Source: an uncultured delta proteobacterium (GTDB lineage: Bacteria; Myxococcota_A; Polyangia; Polyangiales; Polyangiaceae). Taken from it: 64,000 nucleotides of DNA. Each line of letters starts with the position of its first letter. Within the stretch, counting starts at the first letter, position 1. Below are positions 60,501-64,000 of this stretch, piece after piece. The DNA lies in the NCBI GenBank assembly GCA_963806225.1, contig CAWDXG010000001.1, forward strand, positions 192,001 to 256,000, given 5' to 3'. A program made the position numbers and the translations under genes. Under the pieces are notes generated by a model that was given only the letters and a program-made list of their open reading frames with translations, was not told the DNA's origin and did no database searches.

Positions 60501-61710
60501 CGGCGGAAGCGCGGCACTGCTGGGTATTGGGTGCGGGGTCGTACGGACAGGTCTTGTCCGTCCCGTTGCACTTGTCGATCGTGCACGGGTTGCCGTCGTT
60601 GGTGCAGGCGGTGCCCGAGGACTTCTTGTTGTCAGGGCAAGTCGAGGAGCCGGTCGAGCAGTAGTCGGCCAGGTCGCAGTCGCCGTTCTTGGCGCGGCAC
60701 AAGACGCCGCCCTGGTTGGTGAGGTGCGAGCAGGTACCGCTCTCGCACACGTCGGAGGTGCAGACGTTGCTGTCGCTGCTGCACGCGGTGCCGTTGGTCT
60801 TCGTCGGGTTCGAGCACGTCCCGCTGCCGGGCTGGCAGGTGCCGGCGTAGTGGCACTCGTTGAGCGCCGTGCAGCTCGCCACGTTGCAGCACACGCCATC
60901 GGTACAGGAGAGCCCGCTCTTGCAGTCGTGAGTTGCGCTGCAGGAGGCGCCCTGGGGCCTCAGGTACTGGATGTGGAGCGTGGGCCGGTGGGAGGCCGTC
61001 GCGCTCTCTCGCGAGCCGAAGACTCGAGCCGACTTGTAGGTCGTTGCCTCCGGGCCCCGGAGGATCCAGCCGTGGTTGGAGCTTGCGGAGTTGACCCAGA
61101 GTTGTACGTCCGACGCAAGATTGGCCGAGGAAAAGGTCTTGGCACCGAGGCCGGTGCCCATGTTGTTGCTGGCCCGGGCGCCGCTGAAGTACCCGCCCAG
61201 AGTGGACCAGGTATAGCCGAGGGAGTAGACGCGGTACTGCCACGTCGCGTCCGCGCCCGATGCCGGCCTCAGACCTCCGCCGCCAAGGTCGGGATCGGAG
61301 TTGGACGATCCTTCGGACCAGCCCTGGTACAACCTGTACAGCGAGAACGTCTCGGTGCCCTGTCCGCCCGGAAGCTTCTCGAGATAGAACGTTACCGAAG
61401 CGCTCGTGATCTGCGATCCGCTCGGGATGACACAGTCGTTGAAGCCGTTGCCCCCGATGTTGTCCGTGCAGCCCGAGGTGCTCGCGATATTGAAGTAGGT
61501 GAGCGCGCGCCTGATGCCGTGGCTACCGTACGTGTCACCCGCGTAGAGATGCGTGCCTTTGCCGTCGGAGTAGGTCAGGTGGTCGCTGCCGATGGTCGTG
61601 TCCAGGCTCGCCACCCAGGTCGCGTCGCCGTGGGCGTTGGCGCGCGTGCTGAGCAGCAGCGCTGCCAGCGCGCACGGAACGATGAGTGCCGAACCGATTC
61701 CGATACGCAT
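57532..61710 (-). CDS. Large surface protein: DNRLRE-like N-terminal domain, disintegrin/Dickkopf-like Cys-rich repeats, MYXO-CTERM
   Basis: Signal peptide; W.EG..TW..NHGWIL..F.SRE..RP.L; repeated C.DG.CC..AC.G.C.ACD; C-terminal GGCGCRVP + TM + RRR. Confidence 0.85.
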   Translation of the reverse strand: MRIGIGSALIVPCALAALLLSTRANAHGDATWVASLDTTIGSDHLTYSDGKGTHLYAGDTYGSHGIRRALTYFNIASTSGCTDNIGGNGFNDCVIPSGSQITSASVTFYLEKLPGGQGTETFSLYRLYQGWSEGSSNSDPDLGGGGLRPASGADATWQYRVYSLGYTWSTLGGYFSGARASNNMGTGLGAKTFSSANLASDVQLWVNSASSNHGWILRGPEATTYKSARVFGSRESATASHRPTLHIQYLRPQGASCSATHDCKSGLSCTDGVCCNVASCTALNECHYAGTCQPGSGTCSNPTKTNGTACSSDSNVCTSDVCESGTCSHLTNQGGVLCRAKNGDCDLADYCSTGSSTCPDNKKSSGTACTNDGNPCTIDKCNGTDKTCPYDPAPNTQQCRASAGVCDVAEFCDGVSTTCPVDGFLGSSTQCRAASCLNGTTAILPAFCSGGSASCPSQTTQNCSPTTCQGSTCLGGCAVDGDCASGNYCDAPTCKPLKSSGTTCGANHECSSGYCVDGVCCNTACGGTNPNDCQACNTGTVGQCQTLPSTHVCNASQGVCDVAEYCNGSSTSCPSNSFKSSSTECRAASCTNGVETLAADCPGNGVDCPQQQTQSCDPFVCGATACRTSCTADTHCIVGDYCNGSSCVPKVANGLSCSANHQCTSGHCTDGVCCNTACNGQCQACDVTPGVCKPVTGAPRGSRAACAADGSACDGYCNGTLTAQCFYPGGTTECTGPSCTNGVATLQAFCNGSGSCPAEQTQTCSPFSCGPTQCFANCSLDVQCADGYFCSGGLCKPKSTDGKACGAGNQCQSGFCVDGVCCDAACSGQCQACDSTGSVGTCTAVTGAPHGSRPACITDGSLCGGTCDGKLTSTCTYAGPGTVCRQASCTNDNATIEAFCTGTGHCPAEVRQDCAPFQCNTAGTACAGNCTLDTDCAPSQFCAGGVCTPKRQVGDACSSSGSCISGVCVDGYCCNEACTGQCEACDVAGSEGTCSAVSGAPHGTRAACTGDGTACDGACDGSDRTGCAYPTTGTECRTASCTGGVATLAAYCNGDGTCPAMQQQVCPASCNSSGLCAGGCTTNSECGAGKYCSAGVCVAELPDGQPCSSDAQCTNAHCVDGYCCNVACSGQCQACDVPGSQGFCAPVAGQPHGGRPTCGGSGPCGAQCDGTATPKCVFPGSATFCGVGSCNNGVATGLAVCNSAGTCLPPTTQDCSPYVCNGAGCGTSCGSNADCQNGFACDPNGACVPAVADAGSDAADSGVDASSDASSDASLDANLDGAAGGGGATATGGSAGMAGAGGTAGAAGAAGAGGLGGGAGNASGGSAGGLLDSGIDGAAGKKGADSNTKGGCGCRVPAEPDNDTGAGWLLLLGLGLVVGRRERTRRRRRKLG

Positions 61711-61847
61711 GAAAAGCAACCAATCGCCGAAACGAACCCAGGAGACGGTAGCTTTCGGCACTGTGTCGCGTCAACGGCCAACGGCCTTGCCGGTGTGGGA
61801 CGTTCGAGGGCGGTGCCCGGGCGACTTTGATCTACTCTGTGCCGGCC

Positions 61848-62681
61848 ATGCGGTTTCGTCTTGTTGTCGGGGCCATCCTATCTGCCCTGGTCTTCTGTGT
61901 CCTGCCGGCCTGCAGCAAGCACCGTCAGGAGCCAACGCATGGGGCCACAAGCGAAGCCGAGCCGCTAGAGCTCACGGTGGTCGGCTCCGCCGAGCTGGAA
62001 TCACCGCTCCGTGCCGCCCTCTCGAAGTACCGGCAGCCCGCGAAACTCCTGACCGCAACTCCCGCTGACATGGCGCGGCGCGTTGGAGGCAAGCCGGTAC
62101 CGGATCTCGTCGTTCTTCCCGAGGGCGATGCGCTTTCGACGCTCGAGAGCTCCGGCAAGCTGGTCAAGGGTTCGGTCCGCCCGCTCGTCCAGGACCACCT
62201 CGTCATCATCGGCTTCCCGAAGTGTCCGATTCCGTTGAAGGAGCCCACGGATCTCTCCCGGTTGGGAGCGGAAAACCCGCCCTGGCGGGGACGGCTCATG
62301 GTGCTCGACCCCGCGACACCGGTTGGAGCCCTTACCCGCACGTATCTGCAGTCCCTGCACGCGGAGGGCGGGAGCGTCTGGGATGTGATCGACAAGCGGC
62401 GGAGTGTCGCTCCGGACGTTCTGTCGATCGAACGCCGCCTGCAGGTCGTGCAGCGCATGCTCGGCATCGTTGCTACGCATGACGCCGCGAAAATGGGCGA
62501 GAAGGTCAAGATCGTGCTTCCGCTCACCGAAAAGGACGCGCCCCGCCTTCGCTATGACGTCGGCGTGGTCCAGACGGGACATACGAAGGAAGCCCGGCAG
62601 CTCGCCGACTTCCTCGCGGCTCCGCCCCAGATAGCCGTCTTCACGAAGCAGGGCTTCCAGCGGGCCGAGAAGGCCAAATAG
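61848..62681 (+). CDS. ModA-like molybdate/tungstate ABC substrate-binding lipoprotein (divergent)
   Basis: Lipobox LPAC; LV.D.LVI, DP.TP.G, DA, A..F..FL.......F...GF pattern; adjacent to a Mo-storage gene. Confidence 0.6.
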   Translation: MRFRLVVGAILSALVFCVLPACSKHRQEPTHGATSEAEPLELTVVGSAELESPLRAALSKYRQPAKLLTATPADMARRVGGKPVPDLVVLPEGDALSTLESSGKLVKGSVRPLVQDHLVIIGFPKCPIPLKEPTDLSRLGAENPPWRGRLMVLDPATPVGALTRTYLQSLHAEGGSVWDVIDKRRSVAPDVLSIERRLQVVQRMLGIVATHDAAKMGEKVKIVLPLTEKDAPRLRYDVGVVQTGHTKEARQLADFLAAPPQIAVFTKQGFQRAEKAK

Positions 62682-62712
62682 CGTCCCGCCCGCGGGCTGC
62701 CACAATCCCCGG

Positions 62713-63501
62713 ATGGCTCCGGACCACGACAGCTTCGACCCGCAGGCGGCGAGCTTCGACGAACGCGCGGGCCTGCCCGCCGACGCGTGCCGTCAGATAG
62801 CCGAAGTCGTTGTGGAGCTTGTCGGTCCCGAGGCGGCGCTGCTCGAGATCGGTGCCGGCACGGGAGCCATCGGCTGCGAGCTCTGCCGTCTGCTGCCGGC
62901 GTACACAGCGCTCGACTCGGCTCCGGGGATGCTCGATGTGTTCGCCGGGCGACTGGGTGATAGTGCATGCGACTGTCTCGTCGTCGGCGACGCAGCGCAG
63001 CGCTGGCCGGTGGCGGACCGGAGCCAGGGCGGCGTTTTCGGCTCGCGCGCGCTGCACCTGCTCGACGCGGCTCACGTCATCGCCGAGCTCGACCGGGTCC
63101 TGGTACCCGGCGGCGTCCTGCTCGTGGGGCGCGTCGAACGGGCCGCGGACGACCCGCGCGAGAGGCTCCGGCGCGAGATGCGGAAGCGACTGTCCGGCCT
63201 GACGCGGACCGAGCCGCGGCAGCGCCACGGGCTTGTCGCCGCCCTGGTCGAGCGCGGAGCCGAAGCCATCGAGCGTCACGAAGCGGCCGGCTGGACCGCC
63301 CGCTGGACGCCCCGCGAAGTGCTGGAGGCCTGGCGCCGGCGTCAGCCGCTATCGGGTGTTGCGCTCGATCCGGATGCGCGCCACAGCCTCTTGTCCGGCC
63401 TCGAGCGCTGGGTCGAGGCTCATCTTGGCGGGCTCGACGTTCCGTTCGGGTCCGAACCCACGTATACCCTCGAAGGCGTGAGACTCCACGACGCGACATG
63501 A
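62713..63501 (+). CDS. Class I SAM-dependent methyltransferase
   Basis: LEIGAGTG, D.A.GML, GDA, ALHLL, RVLVPGG. Confidence 0.85.
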   Translation: MAPDHDSFDPQAASFDERAGLPADACRQIAEVVVELVGPEAALLEIGAGTGAIGCELCRLLPAYTALDSAPGMLDVFAGRLGDSACDCLVVGDAAQRWPVADRSQGGVFGSRALHLLDAAHVIAELDRVLVPGGVLLVGRVERAADDPRERLRREMRKRLSGLTRTEPRQRHGLVAALVERGAEAIERHEAAGWTARWTPREVLEAWRRRQPLSGVALDPDARHSLLSGLERWVEAHLGGLDVPFGSEPTYTLEGVRLHDAT

Positions 63502-64000
63502 CACAGGACGACAACAGCGAGCTCCTGGGCGCGCTCGGCAGAGCACTCGTAGAAGGGTCACTGACCGACGAGTCGCTGCTTGATAGCACCCAGACGATTC
63601 CGCCCGTCAGCATCCTGCCGGATGCGAACGTGGTGAAGATCGGCGGGCAGAGCATGATCGACCGCGGCAGGGCGGCAGTTTTTCCGATCCTGGACGAGAT
63701 CGTCGAGGTCCTGCCCCGGCACAAGCTCATCATCGGCACCGGAGCGGGCACCCGCGCGCGCCACGCCTACAGCGTCGGCATCGATCTGGGCGCACCCACC
63801 GGCGTGCTCAGCGTGCTCGGTACGTTCGTCAGCATGCAGAACGCGCGCATGCTGCACTACCTCTTGGCCAAGCACGGCATCCCGTTCATCGAGCCGGTCC
63901 AGTTCCCGCAGCTGCCGCTGTATCTCGCGGAGCGGCGGGCGGTGATCTTCTTCGGTATGCCGCCCTACACCTTCTGGCACCGGAATCCCGAGCTTGGCCG
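63498..64000 (+). CDS. mosB: Molybdenum storage protein beta-like subunit (amino-acid-kinase/UMPK fold), runs off the window
   Basis: Translated manually: SLTD...ILPDANVVKIGGQSMIDRGRAAVFPILDEIV...HKLIIGTGAGTRARH.YS..LG.P.GVL..LG..V..QNA.ML..LLAKHGIP...GMPPY..W, very close to Azotobacter MosB as I recall it. ATGA overlap with the methyltransferase. Confidence 0.82.
   Translation, partial: MTQDDNSELLGALGRALVEGSLTDESLLDSTQTIPPVSILPDANVVKIGGQSMIDRGRAAVFPILDEIVEVLPRHKLIIGTGAGTRARHAYSVGIDLGAPTGVLSVLGTFVSMQNARMLHYLLAKHGIPFIEPVQFPQLPLYLAERRAVIFFGMPPYTFWHRNPELG

Noticed and set aside
63498..64000. Uridylate kinase pyrH
   Set aside because: The motifs (KIGGQS, GTGAGTRARH, GMPPY) fit the Mo-storage branch, not the PyrH KLSGE/GGGN pattern, and there is no tsf/frr context.

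Overview
High-GC chromosomal window from what looks like a Myxococcota genome, probably Polyangiales/Polyangiaceae-like. That placement is inferred from the MYXO-CTERM protein, AgmX/GltG-type protein, Hanks kinase + TPR-PEGA operons, DUF4388 protein and many Cys-rich lipoproteins. Recognisable genes: panE (partial), an ECF41 sigma factor with its AhpD-like partner and a consensus promoter, DUF72, glyQ, dps, a ZnuCB-like ABC pair, xfp-ackA, mutS2, a WYL regulator, a stand-alone Smr, Ku/LigD, DsbD-Trx, comF, a NUDIX hydrolase, ruvA, a sigma54 response regulator, a ModA-like protein and a molybdenum storage protein subunit (partial). I saw no rRNA, tRNA, CRISPR array or transposase. Highlights: (1) a selenoprotein candidate, a lipoprotein redoxin split by an in-frame TGA that gives a U-G-Y-C motif and is followed by a SECIS-like hairpin; (2) a pervasive leaderless-promoter pattern (TANNNT 5-9 nt before the start codon), including a 28-bp bidirectional Ku/LigD promoter; (3) TPR-PEGA genes coupled to surface lipoproteins through an identical GGGAGGTTCTGATG junction; (4) a modA-like / methyltransferase / mosB run in a myxobacterium; (5) a sigma54-driven 49-aa membrane microprotein. 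Many single-base frameshifts suggest long-read consensus errors; three of them occur at the same GATC context.
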